A stretch of DNA of 64,000 nucleotides, from NCBI GenBank assembly GCA_017654855.1, contig CM030332.1, forward strand, positions 5,518,001 through 5,582,000, read 5' to 3'. This DNA comes from Podospora anserina. Taxonomy: Eukaryota. The translations under genes and the position numbers were made by a program. The notes under the pieces are model-generated. The model worked only from the letters and a program-made list of their open reading frames with translations, was not told the origin of the DNA and searched no databases. This document shows, piece by piece, positions 48,973 to 64,000 of the stretch. How positions within the stretch are numbered: the first letter of the stretch is position 1; each line of letters starts with the position of its first letter.

Positions 48973-50296
48973 TCACTCATAAACATAGCAGAAAGGCCCA
49001 TCGACAATACTGTTCAGGTCCCTGATCTTGTAAACCTTGTCGCCCACAATCCCCAAATCAACATTATCATCCAAGCTCTGCTGCCTGCCACCACCACCAA
49101 AGCTCATCATCGACGTCCCGCCAGCAATGGTCTGGATGCGGGTGTTGGTGTCCTGACTCTGCCAAATGGTCCAAGTGCGATCAATCATTCCATGATGAAC
49201 CCAGAAGGCGGGATCATTAGGGCTGGTGTAGAAATCACCACCAGGGTCACCAGCGATGGTGAAATGGCCAGCAGCGTGGACACCAATACCAGCACCGGCA
49301 CCGCCGAAGCCACCACCAGCGCCTTGCATCACGTTCTGGAAGGTAAGAACGTCACGGCTGTTGGTGATGAGGGCGGCAATGTCCTGGGTGCGGGCGTAGC
49401 GGGAGGTGAGGTAGTTGGAGATGTCACGGCGAAGGCAACGGGTGTTCAGACCGTAGCCATCGGAGCGGGGGTTGCGAGGAGGGGCAGGGTCGACGGCAGG
49501 GGAGACGGGGCCAAGGCGGACAGTCATGCTGCAGTGATAACGTTGTCAGCTTCCCGTGATCTCACTAGCATCGGACAAGTGGGAAAACAAACTTCTTGAA
49601 CGGTCCGGTCTCGACGCAGCCGCCACCGTTGCCGGCAGGAGCAATACCGGAAGATCTATGATCGATCTTCTTGCCGTTTCCACTGAGAGAAGTGTCGCTA
49701 CCATCAAAGATAGGAGACTTCTCGGGGTCCTGAGCCCAACGGCCCCAGTCCCAATACTATATTTTCTTGTCAGCTTGGAAATCAAAGATCCCAACTCCTA
49801 TGAGCGACGTACCGGGTGGCTCCCATTGTAGTTGCACTCCTTGACAAGGGCTTGCTCAAAGGCCCACAGGTAGTATCTGTGCCATGAAAGGAAGCTGCCG
49901 GTGTTGTGGATGGACATGGTCTGCTGCATGTGAACGACGACAAAGTCTTCATATCTGGTCTTGGCTCCAGGGAACTGTGTAGGGTTGAGCTTGGATGGCT
50001 TCTCCATCAGGCACAACAAGGCGGCGATGTAAGACTTCTTCTCTGCGGCAGAGATGTCACCCCTGGTTTCAAACTCATGTTAGATTTTGTCTCTTTGAAG
50101 ATTCATGAAATGATCAGACTCACCACTCTCGGCGAACCTTCAAGTTGGCCTTGGTACATGTCTTTGACTTGGCCAACATGGCATCGATAGCCGGACGTCC
50201 CTTCTTCTCAAGGTCTGAGACTGCGTCACCCGAGACGAGGCCGGCGAGGAGGAGCCATGGCACTGCCAGGAGTGCAAAGACAGAGAAACGCGCCAT
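48973..50296 (-). CDS. Secreted short-type tyrosinase / type-3 copper protein
   Basis: Exons 50296-50124, 50062-49813, 49756-49593 and 49528-48973. Signal peptide, VRREW, CuA (VVVH...IH...FLSWHR), PYWDW and CuB (GVHAAGH...DPAFWVHHGMIDR). Ends FCYVYE with no C-terminal shielding domain. Confidence 0.93.
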
Positions 50297-53200
50297 GATG
50301 GAGCCGCGTTCTGAGCAGGAGCTTGAACTGACAGAAAGATCTCATGAACTCAGGAAAGTCGGGCACCGGGCTGGTGTTTATAGTCCCTGTCCCGCACGGG
50401 ATCTTCCATAGTCCCACTCGTTGTTTCCTTCCTCGAATCGTCCGTTTCTTGCCTGCCAGGAGCCACAACACCCCCGGGTAGCGTGGTCGGCAAATATCGT
50501 CCGCTCTAGACTCCCCAACCTGTTTGTACCAACTCCAGATGATGACCCAGAGAACAGGGGGCAGTATAAACAAGGATCTTCGCTCACAGCGGCTGCAACG
50601 TTGGGTAGTCCTGTATGGCTGGCACCTTCGGATCACGGCAGATGGTCAGCGAGGCTTTGAATATGGAGAAATTGCAGAGGGCTCATCTAAACGAGGCGTG
50701 TCCGTCCGGCTTTCGACTTCGGTTGACCCGGGCGAAAATAGTCATTGGGCATACGATGTAGAGAAAGAGGTAGGGTGGGTGCGGGTTCATTACCGGCGTA
50801 AGCAAGGGTTGGTGAAACAACATAGACCTCGTGGGCCATCATGAAAGTATCCAGCCCTCTGGGAGCATGAACAGGACGGCCGCAATGCTGCCGACTGGTC
50901 CAAAATGCTTTTGCCTCAATATACTCTGTGGGTTTTCGTCAGCTGGCAAATCTGGGGTAATTAGCCTGAGTAGACGGAATGGTTGCGCCCCGCGATATGG
51001 TATTCCGCCTTTGGGTTGCCCCCGGATTCTTGACAAAGTTTGCAGCTTCGGTTGCGTGGCTTGCATTTTCTGCGTTGCTACATGGTAACATGCAGAATTG
51101 TGCGTGGCCCGAGTGCTAAATGAAATTGCTGGTCGTCACGTTGATTGATGCCCATGTTTTCGGTTGGACTAGGAGAAGGCGCTTCTGAATATTGCTATCG
51201 TCAGTTACTAACTGCTTGTGGGTCGCATAGTAGTATTTTCTATCTATCTGTTGTTTACGTGAGCTTGGCAAAACGTAGTGTCGGCTGTTGGTTGGACTGC
51301 TTCCAATCTTTGATATTCCCTCATGGCCCAGACAAGAAAGCACAACGCAGCAATGCCACAGCTCCCTTGTGCAATTCCGTCCCGGCAGCCGAGTCCAATG
51401 AAACACCAGCACTGGTCAGAACGTATTTTTCCCGGAAGGTTGAGATGTCGGGGGTGTCTGAATCAAGGCACCCAACGTGGGTCTCCCACACGGGCTCGGA
51501 ACACTTCCGTGGGATAGTGTTGCTGGAAGCGGGAAGCCAATGAAAAGGAGGGGGTTATAAGCCAAAATGGCAGGAATTACGCAGTCGCCATATATTGAAC
51601 CTGCTTGGCCGCTGGAGTTTGGTCAGGAAAAAGGACACTCGCCTTGGTATCGTTCATCCTGGAACATGATCTACGCACCAAGGCGTCCTGGGGTGCCCTC
51701 AGGCTTCAATGTGAAATCGGCAGATATCTTGGTTCGGATGGCGTGCCGAATCTGAAAGTGACACTGAAGCTTTGCCTATGCGGCTTGGTGTGGTTGGCGT
51801 TGGATGCCCAGAATGCTGAAGCAGGGCGTTGTATTCATCCACAAGAGACTGCGATGAAAAAACTGACGCGCTGTGACTTTCTGGTAGCTCAGAATTGAAA
51901 TAAAATACAAAAAGGCATTTGGTTGAATACCAATACCAAGTGAATCAAGTCTGTGGGGCTAGTTGATAACTTCGACTTGCATTCGGATGAGACGATAATG
52001 TGATGCTTGACATGATAACAGTGGGCCGCAAAAATGCTGACAGATTTGCAAGGTGCCAGTCATGAAGCAGAGACTTCTTGACAGCCTGCTGAAATGACAG
52101 CTGAGGTTTAGAGTGGTTTGATGGACGGCAGGAGCGACTGCCTCTCCTCTTTGGATCAATATCAGTGGAGCCAACTGCGGGCAGGCAAGAGAGAAATCCT
52201 TCATCTTGATAGATCCGAGTGACCTACGCGTCTGTCAATTAGTCAGTTATCTCTTTTGTTTCTGTAGCATCTATCATGAGGTGGCTACCGCTCCAAGTCA
52301 GCTTTGAGAGACTGAGATCACTCCACCTAGGTATTCTAGGCAGCAAGAGTTCCCGGGAAGATAACTGGCCGATAAGGGAAATGAACTGAAAGAACCACTG
52401 GAATTTTAGAAGGAGCAGCACAGTCACGTAAGTGATGCGAAACCGATGTGTGGCTGATGCTCCGGATATCGGGGGACCTGGAGCACTCAAAAGTAGGTCA
52501 CCTGCCATGGATTTGACAGACCGCTTGACGTTCGTCTGATATCTGTGTGATATTGTTGAATTTCTTGTTGAAAGTACGAAATCAACAATCCTGGTAGTAA
52601 TTGTTATCTACACAATAAGTTACCCCAAAGCGTGTTTCCTTGCCATTCTTTCATCGCTTCTCCATAACAATAAAGAGTTGTCTCATCTGCTACGATAGAA
52701 AACCCAAGTAAGAACAACAGTGATGAGCTGCTATACGCATGGAGCTGTGATAAATCAAGCATGTAGTCCCATTACCAGTCTCTGTAGTTGTCAAGGTGCG
52801 TTTTTTAAGGTGAATGATGCCCATCACAGGTCAATGGCTTACATAATCATTTCATCTGAATAGGGGTAAAAGGGGTAACTACCTTGTTACACAGGCATTT
52901 CACAAGCTCCTTGAGCACACTTCACAAAATCACAGTAAATCTCCAGCCATTTATAATGAGCCTCATCATGCTGTGAATGTCCTGCTTCATCTTGTCGTTT
53001 ATCTTTTGACAATGAATCAATGCCCTGTACCTTAATGGGTATTTTGATGCCTACAGGCGTCTCGTTTCTCATAGTTTGGCTACGTTACATACGGCAGTCA
53101 CGCATCAATAACAATATTTATGGAGCCGAGAGAATAGCGCCGCTGTATTTCCTGCTCTCGGTTCAGTTTCATTGATGTCGGAGACTCATCACTTCTTCGT

Positions 53201-53652
53201 CCGAAGTGAATGAGAACAACTGATCCCCGCCCCCGTGGTACAAAGGCCCCAAGAATGCGACATCTGGCCCCAAGTTCAAACCCACTGACCTAATTTGTGG
53301 GTCGAAACCTGCCTGGGATGTGCATATATTATTTTCTCGCGGATTGCTCTTTCTCAAACTCTCCCTACTACTCACCCAGCACCCATTCGCTACTTCTCAG
53401 GCATTCCTAACGCCCACCATAAGCAGCCAACCTTCGTCCCTAGACGATTTTCTCCTCGAATCCATTTCATTGGCGGCCGCTTGCCCTGCCATTTTTACTC
53501 CGCATCCTTGTTGGCGGTCGCTTTGTCGTCGACCATTCTCGACAGCAAGACAATCGTGAGTTTCGCATCTCTTTATCCTACGAGGCATCTACCTCAGGTT
53601 CTTGATCAATTCACTGACAATTCAATCTCACCAGATCCACAAACTCGACAAA

Positions 53653-55643
53653 ATGGGCCCACCGACTCCAATATCTCAAGCAGCCAGAAAAGTCTACAAT
53701 GGCATTGAATATTTCTATGGATTTCCAAACTCGGAGCAAGTTTTTGTCCTCAACCTCAACACCAAGTTGAGAATGTTTACAAAAACGAATGCCTGGGGCA
53801 CTGTGTCAAGGTCCGAATTCAAAGAATACATAAGTCTTTACCCAAGACTCTACCAGGTTGCCAACACGTCGAGAGATCGAATCCAACAGTGGCTTAATGT
53901 TGGCTACAACCGAGCGAACTTTGAGTCCTGGGGTCCAGACTTTCGCGCCTTCCTCCGTACTGAGGCTGAGGATCAAAGTACGAATACCCGGGTGAGAAAA
54001 CCGGGGATTCCACCCCAAGCCAAGTGGCTGAACGAGGAGCACAAAGAGCGAGGGGCAGCGTTCGACATACGAATGGGGAGACAAGTTCAGGAAGAGGAGG
54101 GAGATGATTCTGTGATGGGGCCAGAGGACGAGGAGGAGGTCACGTACCAGCCGGATGATGACCAAAACGGCGGCGAAGAAGATGTGGAACAGGCAAGCAT
54201 CTATTCAGAGCTTCCACACCTGCCCATCCTTGTTGAGTGTATCAGCTGACATCCATCCAGGCCCGTAGTCATGTGAATAGCTCGCAAAATGGTACCCACG
54301 CCACCCAGCAACCCAGAAAAAGAAGGCGCGAAGAGCAGTCAACCTCAACCCTAGTAGGTACGCCGTTTCCAGAATCAATGGCGCATCATTATCAGCTGGC
54401 CAATTCGTCGCAGCAGCAATTTGCACTGAGAGAACTACGGAATGCTGCGACCGGGTTCAGGACCCTTCATTCAGAGGTTCTGCGAGTGGCTCAAAGGCTG
54501 GAGCCCGGTGATTTCCTCCGTCCCTTGCTGTCGCACATTGCCAATTCCACGACCTTGGAGGTGGGTGCTGCAGAGAAAGCCGCGAGAATTTCGTCGGAGC
54601 TTATGGATCATGTGGCCAAATCTCAGGCCGAGGAGGGAAGAAGCGGTGATGACGAGGACCGAATCAAGCGCGCGCGGTCGAGAGCTGCCTATGAGATGCT
54701 CCCCACCGCAGCGCCGGCAAACAGACTCCCTCACCGCCGGAGCCAGCAGCAGCAAGCGAATCATCCAAGCCTCATCCGCGAAGACAGTCAAGCCCCCGAG
54801 GCTGACGATAATGTCCGCAGCCTAACTGTCCCGCGTGAGAGGTCACCGTCCCTTGGCTACGAACTGCCAGATCACCTGGCGGAAGGATACCAGCCCCTCT
54901 TTGAACCGGGTAGCCCGATTTACTTTGGCCCCTTGAACAGCCTTGCTGGGGAAGCCAGTTCTCGTCCTAACACCGCCAAAGGTGCTCAAAGTAACCACCA
55001 CCACAACCGTGGGACTCCGGCTCCCGTCCCCGGCGCAAGTTCATACCACCGCGAGGCATCCATAGAGGAGTTCAGACCGGCCATTACAGCGAGAAACACG
55101 GGCACCTTGAACGGCCCTCATGGTCACCCTTCCCAGGCGCAAACAGCAGCCCCTCACTCCCATCACATGCCGGTCAACTCCATCGAAGTGCCTGGGTACC
55201 TTCCCTACCACGCCAACAACAAGTATCGGCCTCCTTCCCAGACCCCTTCAACAGTTTCTTACGCTTCCGGAACTGGAGCATCATCGTTGCACAGACACCC
55301 AGCAGTAGTCGAACCAGCCGCACCCCCTCCCGCGTTCTCCCCCCCGAACTTCGGTCCCGCTAATCGCAGGAGCACAAGACAAGCAAGCAGAGAACTCTGG
55401 ACAGCTCAGCGGCCAAACCGGGAACTCCCACCCCCAGCCACCACCATCTCAACCCGCCAAACGAGACAGTCCAGCCAGCAGCCCATGTTGTCATCCTCCT
55501 CCGCTTCCCACGCCCCCCTCCGCGCTACAGCAGGGCACCAAAGACAAGCAACCCGTGGCAATCAAAAGGGAAAAACAAGGCGCAGAGTAGAGGTAGAAGA
55601 CGAGGACGAGGACGAGAAGGGGCAGGGGAACGGTGTTGAGTAA
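53653..55643 (+). CDS. Orphan protein (about 640 aa): small globular N-domain, acidic linker, long disordered tail
   Basis: Two long ORFs are joined in frame by a GC-AG intron 54193-54260 (CAG|GCAAGC...GCTGAC...CCAG). Confidence 0.72.
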
Positions 55644-56539
55644 TCTACACCCTTTCCTGTTGCCAGCAGCTGTTGGTGTCTTCATGACTACTTAGCAGCA
55701 CCACAGAAAAAGGACGGATCAAAGACCCAGGGGCTGACAAACCGGGGCATTGAATGTTTACTCTTGTTTGTTTCTGTTAAGAGGGGGGGTGGAGGGGGGA
55801 GGAGTTGTCTTGGTATTATCTTTCCCCATGGCGATGGATTGATTCATCTTGTTCTGTCTTGTTCGGATATATGCTTTTTTGTTGCTTTTATTGAGGACAA
55901 CACAAGACGGGGTGTTTTTTGTCCTATTTTGCACACACACAAAAAAAAAAAGGGAGGGCGTAATACTGCGGTGGTTTTATTGAGGGGATGATGGGGGTCG
56001 ATGAGGGCGCCAAAGTGGAGAGTTTTTTTTTCTTTTCTTCTGGCCGAGGAACCCTGTCATCATTGTTGAGGTAGGTACCGTTATCACCATCTTAGATAGG
56101 GATTATACCAAGTGTAGGAAAATCGACTGCAGCACAAGAATACGACGAGCAGTTCTATACCTTGGTTGTTTTTGGGAATTTATTGTCGTGGACCTGTTGC
56201 TGTTGACATGATTGATGTCAAGTGTTGCTGTCTCCAAGTCAACAAAGAGACAGAAAACACAGCGATCGCCTCACACCTGTAAGCAATGGCTCATATCACA
56301 GTATCGACCCCCCTGCCCAACCGAGTCGACCAAAATGTCACCATCAGAAACGGTCCCAGCCCTGTCAGCTGCTTGTCAAAATCCCCTCTGTATTCCCATT
56401 ATCTATTTCCCACACATTACAATAATATCCTAGATTTTCCCCATGTCGTACACAACATAAATACCCCCTTGAAATAAACACAAAAGTAAAATGCCCTAGT
56501 TGATATCCCACTATTAAATGTCAATATATATCCCACTTA

Positions 56540-57942
56540 TCATACCCTATCTTTATGCCTAGCCTTGGCCAGCATCTCATACATGGCCCTATCCTGCTTT
56601 TTGTTGCTCGTGATCGACGATATGGTGGTGCCTTGGTCGGAATCGCTCTTCTCGCAGCTCCCTCCGAGCGTACGCGTGCTCCTCTCCGGCGGCCCCTGTT
56701 GGGCTGGGAGAGCGAGAATGCTCCTATCGTTACGGTTATCATCCGAAAGGTCCATGTGACGTCTTCTCTGTTCAGCCACTGGCGACGGCTGCCGGTCAGG
56801 AGAAGAGTGATGGAGGTTGGTACCCACCCTCGCGCTGTCATCAAGATCGCTGGCGTGGCGGAAGTTTTTGAACAAATGCCTCAGCATTGGGATCGAGGCT
56901 GCCATGATGGTGCAGGCAGGCTCGATGAAGCCCCAGAGGACGAGTGGAAGGGAGTTGTCTGCGGGATGTGGGTTAGTCGATGTTGTTGTTATTGGGGGGG
57001 AGGGGAAAGCAACGCGGTCTCACAGCTAAAATCGCCTTCCTCCAGAACCTTTACGGTTGTTAATCTGAGAAAGATGTTAGTCTCTCGGTGGGAGATAAGA
57101 GCAGTATGTGACGAAATAGACTTACTTGACAATGCAAGTGATGCCGGCGAAGATACCCATCGACATGGCAATGGCGACCCCAATCTTCTCTCTGTTGTAC
57201 ATATTATATCGCAAAAGAAGTCTCCAGGGGAGTAGGGCAAGCGCAAAATCACAAAACGCCGAACATGCTGGAAACACAAACATGTTAGGTCGCTGGCTGA
57301 ACAATAAGACTGGGGTTCTGTGGGAGTGGTGGCCTACATCCGACAAAAATGCTAAAGTTGATGGTAAACTTGACCGGCCAGCATTCCCCCGCTATCTCCG
57401 GGCGGTATGTCTTCTCCACGGGGTCACACGAAACCCAAAAGAAGATGGCGCTCAAGTAGTGGGTGATGTTGAGAAGGGCGAGTAGCCCGTAGATGGTCCA
57501 TCGCATCCAGGTGTTCGGGCCACACAGCCGCAACAGTGTAATGGCAAAAGAGGTTTTGCTGCAGGCCACTGAGATAACTGATGAAAAACCGGATATATTG
57601 CTAATGATCCAGAAGACGGAAAAGTTCTCTGGCGGGATCTGGGGAGCCCGCAGACCGAAGCCCAGGAGGACATTGGTGGAAGTAGTACAGCAACTCAACA
57701 AGAGCATAATCTTCACAAACACAAATCAGCTCATGGAACGGCGGTGTGACGGGCAAAGAAAAATATTTTCATACCCATGAGAAGATGATGAAATAGTCAT
57801 CCCACCATAGTGCTCTTCGTCGAAAGGTTTTGCTGTATATCCGTAGGGCGAGGAATATTCCGGCGACTCCCGTGAGCGGCCATAGTACTGCGTAAATCGT
57901 GATACCCTTTGGGTTCTCTGACAGAGGGACCTTGGTGACCAT
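56540..57942 (-). CDS. PTH11-like integral membrane protein (fungal rhodopsin domain, no CFEM)
   Basis: Exons 57942-57775, 57710-57338, 57267-57126, 57064-57024 and 56958-56540, all in frame. Motifs LALRIYSK...LWWDDY, SKTSFAITLLRL, CDP...C, DFALALLPW, EKIGV and IEPACTIMAASIP. Confidence 0.92.
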
Positions 57943-59948
57943 GGCGGGTGTGTACTGCGAAGCCGGCAGCCAGGCGCAGTCCAGAGGTTTAGCCGGGCCG
58001 GAGCCAAACCCGGCGGCGAGAGGGCGTGGATGGGACGATTATGGACTGTGGTCTCTCTGTATCGCCCGGATCATGTCGTCTCTCCTGTCTAGTACCGCGT
58101 ATCTATGTGGTGGTCTGGTAGTCGTGATTCGTTCCTCATTGGCAGCTCATCGCAGTCCCAACTCGGTGGCTGTGTGATCCCTCCAGAAAGTTGCAATTGC
58201 GACTTTGCAGAATGACGAGCGGATGGTTCATGGAGGACCCTGGATCTGGGGGAAGCAAGCGGGGACCGCCAGATTTAGTACCTGCCAGGGGTGGGTGGTG
58301 TCTCCGAGGGAAACGCGATCGAGTTGCCCAGGCTCGCCAGCACTTGCAGGTCCACTGGAGGTCTGGCAGCTGCAGAAGACAAACCTGGGCTAGAGCGGCT
58401 CACCGGCTCACACGACCTACACGCGACATGCCAAATCGGAAGCAGCCGCGGTCCATCTTGTGTGCTTGGGGCGCTGGGTTGGTGACAGTTTGAACACCCC
58501 ACATCCGTGGCTGACGTGCATTGCCAACCAGCAGAAGGGACAATTGCAATTGCTGCGCGGTGCGGGTTGTCGTCAGGGTCTGGCGTAGCATTTGCGATTT
58601 CGATTTCGTCGGCCCGACAGTCTGGGTCGCAAGCGATCAACATGGGAACACCGAGCAAGGCTTCAAAACCACATGGGGCGCCAAGGACGCCCCCCGTCCA
58701 GTGCCTCTTAGTGCACCCTCCATACCACCACTGCGTGCTGCGTATGGTGAGCACTGCGTAACCTCAGGAATATCTGTGGTTCCTGGGGGGAGATGGGCGA
58801 GGTGGTCGATTGACTGGTAGGCAGTTGGTAATACGGCGCAAGATACCGATAGACACATCACAAAGCGGCCAGTCAGGTGATGGTGGAAATTGGAGAATGC
58901 ACCTGCAGCTTGTTCGTGGTTGAGGCGTCCACCGAACAGCCCTCATCAGCATCAAGAGGTCAAAGCGCGCAACTCGTCACAACCAACAGCACGTTTTTGA
59001 TCTGACGAGTCCAGGAACTCTACTCTGTAGGTACATGGTCTTCATTCGGGTAACGACCTCGCGAGTTTCCGGTTGACCGGTCTTAACAAGCTACCTATTC
59101 TAGAGGCCGCACGGAACAACGGTCCTTAGCCCGGATGCAGTACAGGGCTCGGACAACGTTCATCATCTCAAGATGCCCAGGCTTTGGAAATGATAGCTGA
59201 TCTATTCTTGTCGTGCAAGGTTGAATCACACCGGAAGGGTGATGAGGTTCAAAACAATAGGTGACCCAAGCGAAATGGCACCTCCACAAAAAGCTAGAAG
59301 CGATCGATCTTGCAGCACTATCTTCAGATTTATTCATGCAACTCGCTACCAGGCAATCATAGGACACCATCTCTGGATTCCAAGAGAGCCTTACCGGAAA
59401 TCCTAAGACATATTGACGAGCTAGCTGTAACCGAAGGGTTTGTGAGATTCTATAGGGGGCTTTTAAGAGCAGCCAAGCGACGAGATTCCCAAGCCTGGAA
59501 GCCAAGTCAATTTAAGCTTCATGGGCCAATCGTGGCCCCATGCTTCGAACAACACAATGGGTCTGGAGAAGGGCAAAAGGCTTCTCTGACATCTTTTTGC
59601 TGGGTAGAGGCAGTCATGGAACTGCCACCTCAAGACTTCGAAAATGAGTAGAACTTTGTACAACAGTGGCTGGTTGGTGGTTGGCTGGTGGCTGGTTTCC
59701 CTGAAGAGATCATCAATCACTAGCAAACCTTTCACTGGGGAATTGAGGGTAGCGCCTGACCAACCTTCTGCACAATGATTATGATTGTGCATTAGTCTCA
59801 TCACTTCTCACTTGATCCGCCACCACACCAATACACACACGAAGAGACATGAAGAATCCAGGTAGGTATCTATCCTTCCAATATCGCTGCTCCAATATAC
59901 AGCGAGACACTCACTCGGCCACTCTAGTTTTTCCGGCATCAAAGACAA

Positions 59949-60440
59949 TTACAAACCGAAGTGCCAAGGACTCTTCCGACATCTGGCGAGCCACTCAGGA
60001 AATGGACAAGTGATGTGACGATATGGATTGTCCATGTACTGGTTTGGAAGAGTTGGATCGTCTTGGTGTAACTGTACCTGCACATAATCGAGCCTTGGCA
60101 AGGGGTAGCAGCATACATATACCTCAGACGGATAAATGGTGTCGTTTGGCTGCACAAACACTTCGTTCTTGAAGATGGCGAACACCACATAGGTGTTTTC
60201 GTACAGTCGTTTGATCTGGACCGAGAAACTGACGAGATAAGAAAACTCGCTGCAAACTCACCTCTTGGATGGCCGACATCAACTGCCACGAGCTTCTCCA
60301 CTATCTGCAACCCCTGTTCAGGCACAAGCCTGGCTATGATGTCAAAGAAGGCAAGGTTCCCATCGATAAGAACTCCAAACTGTTATTCAAAAAGTCTCCA
60401 GTTGCGCAGTTGGCCGATATTATGATAATTAACGTGACCT
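59949..60440 (-). pseudogene. Possible spliced gene relic, unidentified
   Basis: Protein-like pieces (HVNYHNIGQLRNWRLFE*QFGVLIDGNLAFFDIIARL; IKRLYENTYVVFAIFKNEVFVQPND) are separated by a GTGAGT...CCAG intron-like segment. Stops and frame changes are present. Confidence 0.3.
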
Positions 60441-61813
60441 GTGTCAAAAGTGAGAGTTGCTTAGGAGCTGTAAAAGGGTGTGCGAAGGTATCACGTTGCC
60501 GGAACAACTGGCCCAGAAGGAAAGTTTCAAGTTGGCGGCAGTGAGCTCGTGCCAAGTTTTCTCAATCGCACCGATCGCAAGTTCGCATCCAGTTGCCAGA
60601 CGCAATCGAGGGGTTTCCAGGTCTGTCAGCCTCCTAAGATTCCTCGGTCAAGGGGTGCTTCCAGTTTCCATTCCCTACCCGAAACACCTCAGCTCAAAGA
60701 CTCGCTTCATGTTGCTCTTGTTTGCTCAACTCTGCTCTCAAGAATCGTCATCCAAAGTAACTCATTCTGAGCACCAACCATTTATTCATTTGCTCCAGGG
60801 ACTGCTCCACCATCTACCCGACTGTCAGGGCCACCACTAACTGGACTCTTATTGAGTTTTCTGGGCCAGCCATCACATCAGGGCATCTTCCATCGCAAAC
60901 CTACATCACAGTGCAGCAGCGCGCGCACGGCATACAACCCGAGGCGCCGTTTTCCCGTCGATGACGTCCTAATCAGGATTTTTACCACACACTGGAGCCC
61001 ATCCTTTCGTCTACAGTAGGTTTCCATCAATTTCTTATGCCTGCACCCTGAGCCTTGAAAAAAGGTATGCCCAACAGCCCCGAATTGCCCCTCATTCCAA
61101 GCCTCCCCTCCCCCGACGACCCATTGCCCTGTCAGCCCGCCTCAATCCAACCCGGCTCAATCCAACCCGGCCCCGCGCCCGAAACCAGCCCGCCGCCATC
61201 GACAATCATACAGACACGCAACAAACACCTCGACTAGAGCTGTCGCGTTCCAGCCGCAAAACCGCACTAATCTATCGACTAGGTGCTGGTCTTGTGCTGA
61301 TGAGGTTGGTTCACCCTCGATTTGCGCTGGGATTGGGACACTGCTGCGCTGCTGCTGCTGCTGGTGCTGGGAGGGGTTGCATTTTTCCGTGCTGTGAGGC
61401 ATATGGTCGCTTGCTCCGCCGATGAGCATCCACCATCTTTCCCCCATCGCCAGCCAGCCGACCGGCGAGAGACCAGTCAGAAGCGCATCCAGTTTTCTGC
61501 CGCGACCTAGCCACCTGAGCTGCTCTCTCCCTACCGGACGACCCGCTCGCTGATGTTGGATCACTTTTCATACATATTAACCTCTCATGACCCAATCTTC
61601 TGGGCAGCAAAGAGCTAACTAGAGGGCATTCTTAGACAGACATTCGACATCCTTTCTGTATTGAAATCATCGAGGCCCTCTTCAACTCCCGAATACCCTC
61701 TGAATCTCCCAAGGCAATAGCATTGCCGTGCCAACCAACCGCCAGCCCAACGACCGACCCTCTTGCCTACTATTTGGCTTGGCTATCGAGTGGGAGCTTC
61801 GCGATTCCACACA

Positions 61814-63974
<2,161 letters not shown>

Positions 63975-64000
63975 TGAGAGTGCTGTGTCATGCGTTATGG

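Noticed and set aside
28257..50296. Ustiloxin-like RiPP cluster (UstM-like methyltransferase, gamma-glutamyl enzyme, tyrosinase)
   Set aside because: No KR-repeat precursor or DUF3328 gene was found, and the genes are separated by housekeeping loci.
52860..53115. Solo LTR (TGTTAC...TAACA after a purine-rich tract) in an AT-rich stretch
   Set aside because: No matching target-site duplication and no second copy in the window.

Overview
Eukaryotic DNA from a filamentous ascomycete. The short GT-AG introns with CTAAC/CTGAC branch sites and the gene content fit Sordariales, probably Podospora-like (an inference). I reconstructed about 21 intact protein-coding genes by hand. In order they encode: a serine O-succinyltransferase (cysA/cys2-type), an F-box-like protein, a Cid1/Cid13-type nucleotidyltransferase, a PRXL2/AhpC-TSA-like protein, a conserved low-complexity protein, AlaX, an UstM-like methyltransferase, GGCT, an SLC35F transporter, a PAN/Apple-like membrane protein, PDB1, ERG6, SLT11, MZM1, ZUO1, a secreted tyrosinase, an orphan with a GC-AG intron, a PTH11-like receptor and SKY1/SRPK (truncated by the window end). 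There is also an intron-containing tRNA-Thr(AGT), several decayed genes (SDR, GNAT, unidentified relics) and microsatellites. I found no intact transposon, CRISPR array or recognisable meiotic-drive/het gene, and no clear new multi-gene system. The best leads are non-coding: an 830-nt AUG-free leader with uORFs on the Cid13-like gene; an 815-nt SKY1 intron that separates an NLS-like exon and hides a frame-preserving candidate cassette exon; a double-hairpin intron with an alternative acceptor; repeated CGAATACG elements upstream of ERG6; and a GATA/CGG palindrome in front of the broken SDR.
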